Below are positions 21,150 to 29,069 of a DNA stretch of 64,000 nt, one piece after another; positions within the stretch are counted from its first letter, which is position 1, and the number at the start of each line of letters is the position of its first letter. The notes beneath the pieces were generated by a model that searched no databases, had not been told where the DNA came from, and was given only the letters and a program-made list of their open reading frames with translations. Source of the stretch: an uncultured Oscillospiraceae bacterium (GTDB taxonomy: Bacteria > Bacillota > Clostridia > Oscillospirales > Oscillospiraceae); assembly GCA_964504605.1 (NCBI GenBank), contig CAZDFB010000002.1:5037-69036 (forward strand), written 5' to 3'. The translations under genes and the position numbers were made by a program.

Positions 21150-22613
21150 ATGCAAATTCGTGATCTGGAAGAACGAACAGGGCTGGACAGAGCGACCATC
21201 CGTTACTATGAAAAGGAGGGCCTGCTGGCTCCCCGGCGTCAGGAAAACGGCTACCGGCTGTACAGCGAGGCTGACGAAAAGACACTGCTGAAAATCAAGC
21301 TCCTGCGCAGACTGGGAATGTCCCTGGAGGCCATCCGGCAATTTCAGCAGGGAAGCGGGAACTTTTCCTCCGCACTGGATGCCCAGATTACCGCACTGAG
21401 CTGCCAGATGGAGGAAAATTCCAGAGCAAGAGACATATGCCGGGAAATCCGGGAGCAGGGCACGGGCTATGCGGAGCTGGACGCGGCTTATTATTTAGAG
21501 GAGCTCAGCAGACCGTCGGCCTCGGCTTCTTCCCAGAAGCTGGCTGCGGAGTTTCCTTTCCGGGAGACAGTGCCCAGGCCCCATCATCCGGTCCGGCGGT
21601 TTGTGGGACGAATGGCGGACTACGCAATACTGGTGGTGCTTTTGCGGCTGCTCCTGATTGTGGTGCTGCGCATCCGGCCCTACGGAAAGCTGCTGTCCTG
21701 GCTGGTTGATTATGGAAGCTATTTTCTCATGGTTCCGCTGGAGGCGCTGCTGCTGTCGGCTTTTGGCACCACACCCGGAAAATGGCTCATGGGCCTGCGG
21801 GTGCATTCCCGAGACGGTGACCTGCTGACATTCAGCCAGGCAATGGAGCGGGAATGTGCCGTTCTTTCCCAAGGTCAGGGGCTGGGAATTCCGGTCTGGT
21901 CCCTGTGGCGACGGTACAAAAGCTACCAGGCATATTGTCAGTGGCCGGATATGGAATGGGATGAAAAATGTGAATACATATATGGCAGCTGGGGAGGGAA
22001 GCGGAAGGCAGCGCTGGCAGGCCTTGGCTGTGTGCTGGTGCTGTGCACCCTTTGGACAGCCCAATCTCAGACCAGACCCAAATATGTGGGCGAAGATTTG
22101 ACGATTGCGCAGTTCGCTGAAAATTATAATTATTATCTGACAATGCTGAATTCGGAGGCAGATCAAAGTGAAAAGCTGGATTCCGACGGAAAAAAGGGCA
22201 CTCGACCTTCTGGCACGGTAATAATTTTTGTTGATGGTCAGCCGGAGGATGCGGTTGGAAATTTCCAATATGAAACGGAAAATGGCGTTCTTCAAAAAAT
22301 TCGGTATGAAAACAAATGGACGGATGTTTTCATCACAAAAACCATTCCGTCCCAGTGCTATCTGGCTGCTTTTACGGTGTTGATGTCGCAGGGGGATATG
22401 ACACAGAAAACTGCGTTGGATGTCATTCGCCAGTGGGAGCAGCGGCAGGAAGAAACCAGCGGAGCACTGGAATGGGAAAATATCCGCATACAATGGGAAA
22501 CCCAGCTGGAGAACTGCGTAATCGTCAACGGTGGGGCAGACATTACAACGGAAGACAGCGAATTACCAAGCAGCATCACATATTTCTTTGAGATAAGTAT
22601 CGATCCGAAATAG
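21150..22613 (+). CDS. MerR-family HTH regulator fused to an RDD-type membrane domain and a C-terminal extracytoplasmic domain
   Basis: N-terminus MQIRDLEERTGLDRATIRYYEKEGLL...GYRLY is a MerR HTH. Residues about 150-300 carry R..ADYAILVVLL... TM segments (RDD-like). Confidence 0.7.
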   Translation: MQIRDLEERTGLDRATIRYYEKEGLLAPRRQENGYRLYSEADEKTLLKIKLLRRLGMSLEAIRQFQQGSGNFSSALDAQITALSCQMEENSRARDICREIREQGTGYAELDAAYYLEELSRPSASASSQKLAAEFPFRETVPRPHHPVRRFVGRMADYAILVVLLRLLLIVVLRIRPYGKLLSWLVDYGSYFLMVPLEALLLSAFGTTPGKWLMGLRVHSRDGDLLTFSQAMERECAVLSQGQGLGIPVWSLWRRYKSYQAYCQWPDMEWDEKCEYIYGSWGGKRKAALAGLGCVLVLCTLWTAQSQTRPKYVGEDLTIAQFAENYNYYLTMLNSEADQSEKLDSDGKKGTRPSGTVIIFVDGQPEDAVGNFQYETENGVLQKIRYENKWTDVFITKTIPSQCYLAAFTVLMSQGDMTQKTALDVIRQWEQRQEETSGALEWENIRIQWETQLENCVIVNGGADITTEDSELPSSITYFFEISIDPK

Positions 22614-22645
22614 CAAAAAGGCACCAACCAGGTGCCTTTTTGCTA
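22612..22645 (+). terminator. Rho-independent terminator
   Basis: AGCAAAAAGGCACC / GGTGCCTTTTTGCT stem-loop with a T-run. Confidence 0.65.
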
Positions 22646-22798
22646 TATTTATCCGATACACAAATCAGGTTTTTGAAAAGTAAGGCGAGTGCCGTTGAAT
22701 GTGGCTGGTATCGGGCCAAAAGCCGCCGCAGGGTGGCGAGGGGGCAGCGCAGGGGTTCACTTGGGCCACACCTTGGCCCGAATATTTTTGGGTCAAGT

Positions 22799-22851
22799 GA
22801 ACGCAACAAAATAAAAATTTTGTTGCGTTCGTGACAGGAATGTGTTATAAT
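22799..22851 (+). promoter_or_regulatory. 32-bp perfect palindrome overlapping an extended -10 promoter upstream of the tyrosine recombinase gene
   Basis: GAACGCAACAAAAT-AAAA-ATTTTGTTGCGTTC (22799-22830). Its right arm covers TTGCGT, which sits 17 nt upstream of TGTTATAAT (-10 at 22846-22851). Confidence 0.45.
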
Positions 22852-22975
22852 AAATTCAACAAAAGCATTTTACAGGGCTTACGGAACAGCTGCTCTCAGA
22901 AATGCTGCATTTACCACCACATTTTCTTGAACTGAATGAAACGATTGTAACCATCTCACACAAAGGAGCCACGTT

Positions 22976-23974
22976 ATGCAGAAATACAGCGATTGCCCCC
23001 AGATTTTGCGGGATTTTTTGACCTATCACGAGACAATTAAAGGACAGTCACCCCGGACCATATCGGAATATTACCTGGATATGCGGATGTTTCTGCGCTT
23101 TATAAAGCTCATGCGCAGCGATATGCCAATCCAAACAAGGCTGGACGACATTCCGATTAAGGATATTGATCTGGATTTCATCCGGTCAATAACCACATCG
23201 GATATTTTTGAATTTCTGTCCTATCTGGCAAATGACCGCACACCAAATCCCGATTCAGCGGCACCGGAATATGGCATCTCCCCTGCTGCCCGGGCCAGAA
23301 AGCTTTCGGCGCTGAAATCCTTCTATAAATATCTTACCATACGGACAAAACAATTGCAAGAAAATCCCGTAGCGGATCTGGAGTACCCAAAGCTCCGCAA
23401 GAGCCTGCCCAAATATTTGACCATGGAGCAATCTGCCGCACTTTTGAAGGCGGTAAACGGCCCAAATCAGACACGGGACTATGCAATTTTAATGCTTTTT
23501 CTAAATTGCGGCATCCGCCGCAGTGAGCTGGTTGGCCTGAATCTTACAGATGTATATGAAGACAGGATCCGTGTCGTAGGCAAAGGAAACAAAGAGCGGT
23601 TTGTCTATTTTGGTACACCCTGCCGCAAAGCGATTGATGCCTATCTGGTGGAGCGAAACGAGAAGGTTTTGTCCGACAACCGGGCTTTGTTTGGCTCCCG
23701 GGACGGGAACCGAATCAGCGTTACAGCGGTGCATCGGCTGGTAAAGAAGGCGCTTTTACAGGCAGGACTGGATTCAACCCAGTTTTCCGCCCACAAGTTG
23801 CGCCATACCGCCGCGACCATGATGCTTTCAGGCGGTGTCGATGTGAAGACGGTACAGGAGGTGCTGGGCCACGAGAATCTGAATACAACCCAGATTTACA
23901 CGCACATCGAGAACACGGAGTTGAAGATTGCCGCCGAGGCCAATCCCCTCTCCAAGCTTGATTTTTCCGAATAA
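22976..23974 (+). CDS. Tyrosine recombinase / phage-integrase-family protein (second Xer-like gene in the window)
   Basis: 332 aa. N-terminal SAM-like core-binding domain. Catalytic residues in ...NCGIRRSELVGL..., HKLRHTAATMML, GHENLNTTQIYTH. Confidence 0.85.
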   Translation: MQKYSDCPQILRDFLTYHETIKGQSPRTISEYYLDMRMFLRFIKLMRSDMPIQTRLDDIPIKDIDLDFIRSITTSDIFEFLSYLANDRTPNPDSAAPEYGISPAARARKLSALKSFYKYLTIRTKQLQENPVADLEYPKLRKSLPKYLTMEQSAALLKAVNGPNQTRDYAILMLFLNCGIRRSELVGLNLTDVYEDRIRVVGKGNKERFVYFGTPCRKAIDAYLVERNEKVLSDNRALFGSRDGNRISVTAVHRLVKKALLQAGLDSTQFSAHKLRHTAATMMLSGGVDVKTVQEVLGHENLNTTQIYTHIENTELKIAAEANPLSKLDFSE

Positions 23975-24027
23975 ATGTTGTATAATCAAAAAAGCAACCA
24001 AAAGTTGTCAGGTTTGGCGGTGATATA

Positions 24028-24468
24028 ATGTCGATTGGAGAGAGAATAACAGAGCTGCGCAAAGAACGGAATATTTCTCAGGGGCAGCTTGCTGAGGCAC
24101 TGGAGGTATCTAGGCAGGCAGTCAGTAAGTGGGAAAATGATCTTTCCAGTCCCGATTCCCTGCGGCTTATCAAACTGGCGGATCTTCTGGATACAGATGT
24201 TGAATATCTTACCACCGGACGAAAAAACCAGGCCATTCGCCCGCCGGTGGTGCTGGAAACGGTGAAAACGGTGGAAAAAATCGTTGAGAAGCCTGTTGTC
24301 CGGGTGGTCGAGAAAATCGTTCAGGTGGAAAAGCCTGTTACGCAGTATATCGAGAAGCCCGTCATTAAGAAGGTCGTTCGGGTGAAATACAGAAGAAATG
24401 TTCCGGAAATGGTTATTGTCGGAGGTATTTCTATGATTATCGGGTTCCTGATAGGACTGCTGCTGTGA
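24028..24468 (+). CDS. Membrane-anchored XRE-family HTH protein with an EKPV/EKIV repeat linker
   Basis: The HTH ITELRKERNISQGQLAEALEVSRQAVSKWEN is followed by the repeats VEKIVEKPVVRVVEKIVQVEKPV..IEKPVIKKVV and a C-terminal TM (MVIVGGISMIIGFLIGLLL). Confidence 0.7.
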   Translation: MSIGERITELRKERNISQGQLAEALEVSRQAVSKWENDLSSPDSLRLIKLADLLDTDVEYLTTGRKNQAIRPPVVLETVKTVEKIVEKPVVRVVEKIVQVEKPVTQYIEKPVIKKVVRVKYRRNVPEMVIVGGISMIIGFLIGLLL

Positions 24469-24476
24469 TATAATCT

Positions 24477-24512
24477 AACCCCGGTGAGGATTAATTTTTC
24501 CTCACCGGGGTT
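24477..24512. terminator. Bidirectional terminator
   Basis: AACCCCGGTGAGGA / TCCTCACCGGGGTT stem with T-runs on both strands. Confidence 0.65.
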
Positions 24513-24515
24513 TTA

Positions 24516-25550
24516 TCAGGACTTACCGGCTTTTTGTTCCAGCCGGAGGATTTCTCTGCGGACGATATCTGTGGTTTCACCGGTGGTGAAATGCCATTCC
24601 CTTTCAAATACCGCCAGCTCTTCCTTCAGCGCGTCAACGGCACAGTCGAACTGCCCAATCCGTTCATAGAACTGGGCCAGAGCCTCGAGAGGACCAACAT
24701 AGCGCGGTGCGGGCTGGACGTCCATTGCCTTTCGATAGTACCGCTCTGCCCTCTCATACTCCCTTGCCCTGGTCAAATAGTCTCCGATATTGTGGTAAAC
24801 GCACCATTCATCCGGGAAGGACCGCTCCATTTGCTTCCAGATTTCAAAGGCCTCCGATCTTCTGCCGTCCTGCCAGGCGATTTTACCTTGGTACAGAGGC
24901 ACACGGTAGCTGCTGTTGATGGCAGCGAATTTTACGCAATAGGCGGAGGCTTCTTCCAGACGATAGTCCGCAATGAGCTGGTCCATAACAGCGAGATAGG
25001 CAATCTGGCAGTTCGGGTGGTTGGACAGATACCCCTCGTAATAATCGATCAGGGCATAATGGCTGGAACCGTTCCAATCCGCAACAAATCCACCCATGGC
25101 AGATATCAGCTCGCCATGGGCATCCCGAAGACCGGAATCCCGCTGCAGGGCCTCCTTGGCGTATTCCGCAGCTCTGGATTGGTGCTCCCGGGCGATGTGG
25201 TTCTCCATATCTGCAAGAAGTTCGAAGGGGCGGCCGTTTTCAGGGTCCAGAGCAGCCTTTTGCAGTAAAAAGCTGCGGCTGGACTCCACTTCGGCATCGT
25301 CCAGATACCGAACATCCCAAAGCATATTCTGAATCCGCTCCATGCGGGTGTCGTCGGACAGGGCAAAAAGCTCGTCAATGGTCACGCCGAAAAATGCGGA
25401 AAGCTCCGGTAGCAGACTGATATCCGGTGTCGCAACACCGCGCTCCCATTTTCTGACGACCTGGGCGGTGAGACCGAAATGCTGCGCCAGGGTTTCCTGG
25501 GAAATACCCCGCCGAAGCCGCAATGATTTAATCTGGTTTCCGATTTCCAT
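24516..25550 (-). CDS. XRE-family HTH regulator with a C-terminal TPR-like repeat domain
   Basis: N-terminus IKSLRLRRGISQETLAQHFGLTAQVVRKWERG. The C-terminal ~270 aa is helical-repeat rich (..YYRKAMDVQPA..ALAQFYERIGQFD..). Confidence 0.75.
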   Translation of the reverse strand: MEIGNQIKSLRLRRGISQETLAQHFGLTAQVVRKWERGVATPDISLLPELSAFFGVTIDELFALSDDTRMERIQNMLWDVRYLDDAEVESSRSFLLQKAALDPENGRPFELLADMENHIAREHQSRAAEYAKEALQRDSGLRDAHGELISAMGGFVADWNGSSHYALIDYYEGYLSNHPNCQIAYLAVMDQLIADYRLEEASAYCVKFAAINSSYRVPLYQGKIAWQDGRRSEAFEIWKQMERSFPDEWCVYHNIGDYLTRAREYERAERYYRKAMDVQPAPRYVGPLEALAQFYERIGQFDCAVDALKEELAVFEREWHFTTGETTDIVRREILRLEQKAGKS

Positions 25551-25596
25551 AGCAAACGCTCCTTTGATTTATTTCGAGCTCGTGGCATTATCGTAG

Positions 25597-25631
25597 CAAA
25601 ATCCCGGTCAGAATGCAATGACCGGGATTTT
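25597..25631 (-). terminator. Terminator downstream of radA
   Basis: AAAATCCCGGTCA / TGACCGGGATTTT stem. Confidence 0.5.
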
Positions 25632-25712
25632 TACTATAGGAAAACCATTGGTTGAAAAGCAAATCTTCGAAGAAAAACCGTTTATATCTGGCAACTATCG
25701 GTTGCATTCTTG

Positions 25713-27074
25713 TTAAAGAGCAACTTCTATTGCTTCTCTCAGGTTGCGCACCCGGTAGACGGTCAGTCCGTCGGGGATATCCAGCTTGTCGCTCTTTCCC
25801 TTCGGGATGATGCATTTTTTGAACCCCAGCCGGGCTACCTCCCCCAGCCGCTGGTTCAGGTTGGATACGGTGCGGATCTCCCCTGTCAGTCCCACCTCAC
25901 CGATTGCCACCAGATCATGGGAAATTGGCGCATCCCGGTAGGAGCTTGCGACAGCCAGAACAACGGACAGATCGGCACCAGGCTCGTCCAGCCGCAGGCC
26001 GCCGACAATATTGATATAGGCATCAAATACGCTGAGCTTCATCCCCGCCCGCTTCTCAGCGACGGCAAGCAGAAGGGCCGCCCGGTTAAAATCAAATCCG
26101 TCGGCGGTTCTTCTGGGGACATTGAAGGTCGTTTTACTGACAAGAGCCTGAACCTCAGCCAGAATGGGTCGGGTTCCCTCCATGACGCAGGCAACGCAGG
26201 TGCCGCTTGCGCCCTCCGGGCGGCCCTCCAGAAGCATCTGGGAGGGATTGGGTACCTCCACAAGCCCGGAATCCATCATTTCAAAGACACCAATTTCGTT
26301 GGTGGATCCAAAGCGATTTTTGGCTGCGCGGAGAAGGCGGTAGGAGGAATTTTGATCACCCTCAAAATAAAGGACGCAATCCACCATGTGCTCAAGGACC
26401 TTCGGGCCGGCAATATTGCCGTCTTTATTGATATGGCCCACGACAAAAACCGTGATCCCCTGCTGTTTGCTCAGGTGCATCATGGTCATGGTGCAGTCCT
26501 TGACCTGGGAAACGCTTCCCGGGGAGGATTCATTTTCTTCGTTATAAAGGGTTTGGATGGAATCAACGATCAGGAAATCTGGCTTCATTTCTTCGGCTGC
26601 CTCCACAATATCGGACAGCCGGGTTTCGGACAGAATGAACAGATCATCCGGCGATACCCCAAGCCGCTCAGCCCGCAGCTTCAGCTGACGCTCGCTTTCC
26701 TCACCGGAAATATACAGTACGGTGCGGCCCCGGCACAGGGAATTGCAGATCTGAAGCAGCAGCGTGGACTTGCCGATACCGGGAGCGCCCCCTACCAGAA
26801 CAAGGGAGCCGGCTACCGCGCCGCCCCCAAGAACCCGGTCCAGTTCTCCCATGCCGGTGGAAAAGCGAAGCTCCCGGTCGCAGTCCACCTCCTGAATGCG
26901 CTGAGGCATTCGTCTTGCGCCAATGGGGGCGGATTTGGGTTTTCCCACGGCAGCGGGCTTTTCGATGTGCTCCTCCATGGTATTGAAAGCGCCGCAGCCG
27001 GGGCAGCGGCCCATCCATTTTGGGGTTTCATTTCCGCAATTGGTGCAGAAAAAGATGGTTTTATTCTTGGACAT
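25713..27074 (-). CDS. radA: DNA repair protein RadA
   Basis: Zn ribbon CTNCGNE..RCPGCG, Walker A GAPGIGKST, KNRFG motif and a Lon-like C-terminal domain. Confidence 0.95.
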   Translation of the reverse strand: MSKNKTIFFCTNCGNETPKWMGRCPGCGAFNTMEEHIEKPAAVGKPKSAPIGARRMPQRIQEVDCDRELRFSTGMGELDRVLGGGAVAGSLVLVGGAPGIGKSTLLLQICNSLCRGRTVLYISGEESERQLKLRAERLGVSPDDLFILSETRLSDIVEAAEEMKPDFLIVDSIQTLYNEENESSPGSVSQVKDCTMTMMHLSKQQGITVFVVGHINKDGNIAGPKVLEHMVDCVLYFEGDQNSSYRLLRAAKNRFGSTNEIGVFEMMDSGLVEVPNPSQMLLEGRPEGASGTCVACVMEGTRPILAEVQALVSKTTFNVPRRTADGFDFNRAALLLAVAEKRAGMKLSVFDAYINIVGGLRLDEPGADLSVVLAVASSYRDAPISHDLVAIGEVGLTGEIRTVSNLNQRLGEVARLGFKKCIIPKGKSDKLDIPDGLTVYRVRNLREAIEVAL

Positions 27075-27134
27075 ACGGTACAGCTCCTTATTTCTTTGGC
27101 TTTTTTATTATTATATCAGGGTTACGCAATGCGG

Positions 27135-27839
27135 TCAAGTGTTCGCAAGACTTTGGGCCACAGTTGCTGCTATCACGCAGCACAGTTTTTTCTGATAGGC
27201 CGGGCCTCTCAGTTTTGCTTCCTCCGCCGGGTTGGAAAGAAAGCCGCATTCAATCAGCACTCCGGGACGGGTGATGTGCTCCATCAGATAGATTCCGCTG
27301 CCGGGCTTGCATTGCCGGTTGCTGCCAGGATTTAAGGTGGAAACCAGCATCTGCTGGAGGGACTGGGCCAACTCCTGGCTGCCCGGGGAAGACGCATAAA
27401 ATACCTGGGCTCCGCTGTAGCGCCCATCCGAGAAGGTGTTCTGGTGAATGCTCAGAAGCAGTGCGTTTTGAGTGCTTTCCACCATCCGAACACGCTCCTT
27501 TAAATCGGATGCCTTCTTCTGGGCAATGGTCGTTCCCTGGGTATAGACGGCAGTATCCGTTTGACGAACCATTTTTGTCTCAAATCCAAGCAGCTGCATC
27601 AGATCCTTCAGCCGCAGGGCGATTTCCAGATTGATACTGCTTTCGGCTTTTCCTGTGCAGGAGATGGCCCCGCCATCCTCTCCGCCGTGGCCCGGGTCAA
27701 TGATGATGCAGTATTTTCGCATAGTGGGCCTGCTTTCCGACCAGACTGTTATACCCCGGCTGCAAAGGCCTGTACCCCCCAGAAAGCCCAGAATAATCAG
27801 CACATATGCAAGGACGAGCTTCCCCTTCCCTGTTTTCAT
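27135..27839 (-). CDS. cwlD: N-acetylmuramoyl-L-alanine amidase CwlD (germination-specific)
   Basis: About 235 aa. N-terminal signal anchor and the Amidase_3 core IIIDPGHGGEDGGA...LSIHQN...ECGFLSN. Start at MKTGKG with RBS GAGGTGG. Confidence 0.8.
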   Translation of the reverse strand: MKTGKGKLVLAYVLIILGFLGGTGLCSRGITVWSESRPTMRKYCIIIDPGHGGEDGGAISCTGKAESSINLEIALRLKDLMQLLGFETKMVRQTDTAVYTQGTTIAQKKASDLKERVRMVESTQNALLLSIHQNTFSDGRYSGAQVFYASSPGSQELAQSLQQMLVSTLNPGSNRQCKPGSGIYLMEHITRPGVLIECGFLSNPAEEAKLRGPAYQKKLCCVIAATVAQSLANT

Positions 27840-27958
27840 GTCCACCACCTCATCCATTCTTATGCGGAACGCAGGCGGGGATGAACCCACCGGCTGATTG
27901 CGGCATAGTATGACCCGGAACGACAGTTCCCATCGAATGAAACAGGAGGAATGCAGCT

Positions 27959-28405
27959 TTGGAGCATAAACCGAATTATACCGAAGGAACGGAGGGCAAT
28001 CTGCCTGCACTGGCACCCCTTGCCAATCCCTATGTCCCATTCCAGATGGAAAACCCACCAAAGTATGAGCCCAGGAAAGCCATGGTGCGGGGCACCCTGT
28101 TTCCTGGGCTGGATCTTCCGTTTATGGGGATGGTAAACCAGAAGGAAGGGGCTGTGACACCCCTTGCTGAGCTTCAGGTCATGGCATTTGCGCTGCAGGA
28201 GCTGGCTCTGTATCTGGATACCCACCGGGAGGACGCTGAGACGCTGGAAATGTACCGGGAATACCAGAGACGCTACCGGGAGGCGGAGGAGGCTTATACA
28301 GAGGATTACGGCCCTCTGAATCATCTGACACCGGTGACGGGACCTTACGGCTGGCTGGACGATCCGTGGCCCTGGGAATACGGCCTGAACCGAAAGGAGG
28401 ACTGA
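27959..28405 (+). CDS. cotJA/cotJB: Fused CotJA-CotJB spore-coat-associated protein
   Basis: The N-terminal half LANPYVPFQ...AMVRGTLFPGLDLPF is the CotJA pattern. The C-terminal half ...FALQELALYLDTHRED...YGPL...DPWPWE is the CotJB pattern. TTG start 8 nt after AGGAGGA. Confidence 0.75.
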   Translation: MEHKPNYTEGTEGNLPALAPLANPYVPFQMENPPKYEPRKAMVRGTLFPGLDLPFMGMVNQKEGAVTPLAELQVMAFALQELALYLDTHREDAETLEMYREYQRRYREAEEAYTEDYGPLNHLTPVTGPYGWLDDPWPWEYGLNRKED

Positions 28406-28408
28406 GCC

Positions 28409-28831
28409 ATGTTTGTGTATGACAAGAAATTGCAGTACCCGGTAAAAATTGACAAACCCAATCCCCGTCTGGCTGCGCTCATCATATCCCAGTATGGCGG
28501 GCCTGATGGCGAGCTGGGAGCATCGCTGCGGTATCTGAGCCAGCGCTACGCCATGCCCTTTGATGAGCTGAAGGGATTGCTTACGGATATCGGTACCGAA
28601 GAGCTGGGGCATTTGGAGATGATCGGTGCGATTGTCCACCAGCTGACCCGGAATTTAAAGGATTCTCAGATTCAGGATTCCGCTTTTGCTCCTTATTTTG
28701 TGGATCATACGGCGGGCATTTACCCAACCGCCGCTTCCGGATTCCCTTGGAACGCTGCCAGCATGGCGGTTAAGGGGGATCCTATGGCGGATTTGACGGA
28801 GGATCTGGCGGCAGATGGTACGACTGCGTAA
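28409..28831 (+). pseudogene. cotJC: cotJC 5' segment (codons 1-135 authentic, then 5 element-derived codons and a stop). The gene is interrupted by the element.
   Basis: MFVYDKKLQYPVKIDKPNP...QYGGPDGELGASLRYL...GTEELGHLEM...KGDPMADLTEDLAA matches CotJC/Mn-catalase-family N-terminal two-thirds. Reading continues DGTTA* into foreign DNA. Confidence 0.85.
28811..28815 (+). other. Left junction core GCAGA (putative crossover GA at 28814-28815)
   Basis: Identical pentamer, in the same codon phase, to the one at 33306-33310. Confidence 0.7.
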
Positions 28832-28838
28832 GAACAAC
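28829..28838. repeat. Left terminal inverted repeat arm TAAGAACAAC
   Basis: Perfect reverse complement of 33286-33295. It lies 13 nt from the GA, the same distance as the right arm. Confidence 0.65.
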
Positions 28839-29069
28839 ACACAGTCTGAAATGATAGGACAAGCCATTTCTAAAACATAATACCGTACCTACAAGACGTT
28901 CAGAAATGAGCGTCTTTTTTTATACCCTCTGTTACGGAGTAGGAACGAAAAAGACCTTGCCACGCAAGGCTTTCCGGGCGTGTTTCTGACCGGGTAAGGG
29001 GTTTATACCTTATCCCTCAAAATCGCCGTTCTACTGCGTAACAAATCCGAAATAAAGGAGTGAACCACA

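Noticed and set aside
22690-22800. Possible tRNA or tmRNA fragment as an integration target next to the tyrosine recombinase (GGTTCAC resembles a T-loop).
   Set aside because: No cloverleaf can be drawn. There is no paired T-stem, acceptor stem or CCA context.
24516-25550. RRNPP-type quorum-sensing receptor with a cognate signalling-peptide gene.
   Set aside because: The HTH+TPR architecture fits. However, the 47-nt gap downstream is only a terminator, and no small secreted-peptide ORF was found on either side.
25710-27335. 541-aa ORF on the + strand.
   Set aside because: It is antisense to radA, whose motifs are unambiguous, and runs across an intergenic region. The composition is implausible.
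27877-27911. CATAGTAT with an AC 17 nt upstream, in the cwlD/cotJ divergent spacer. Considered as a possible sigma-E or sigma-K promoter for cotJ.
   Set aside because: It matches the Bacillus consensus only partially (-35 absent for sigma-E, terminal TA missing for sigma-K). The consensus for this lineage is unknown, so the evidence is too weak to annotate.
27951-28136. 61-aa ORF (MQLWSIN...) starting with ATG right after the AGGAGGA.
   Set aside because: The RBS spacing is 0 nt, and the ORF overlaps the cotJA/B frame, which has clear family motifs.
28823-29041. 9-bp direct repeat ACTGCGTAA at 28823-28831 and 29033-29041, plus a loose long-range inverted repeat GTTACGGAGTAGGAACG / CGTTCTACTGCGTAAC.
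   Set aside because: The repeats are short and imperfect. They could be a recombinase accessory site or an oriT remnant, but chance cannot be excluded without homologues.
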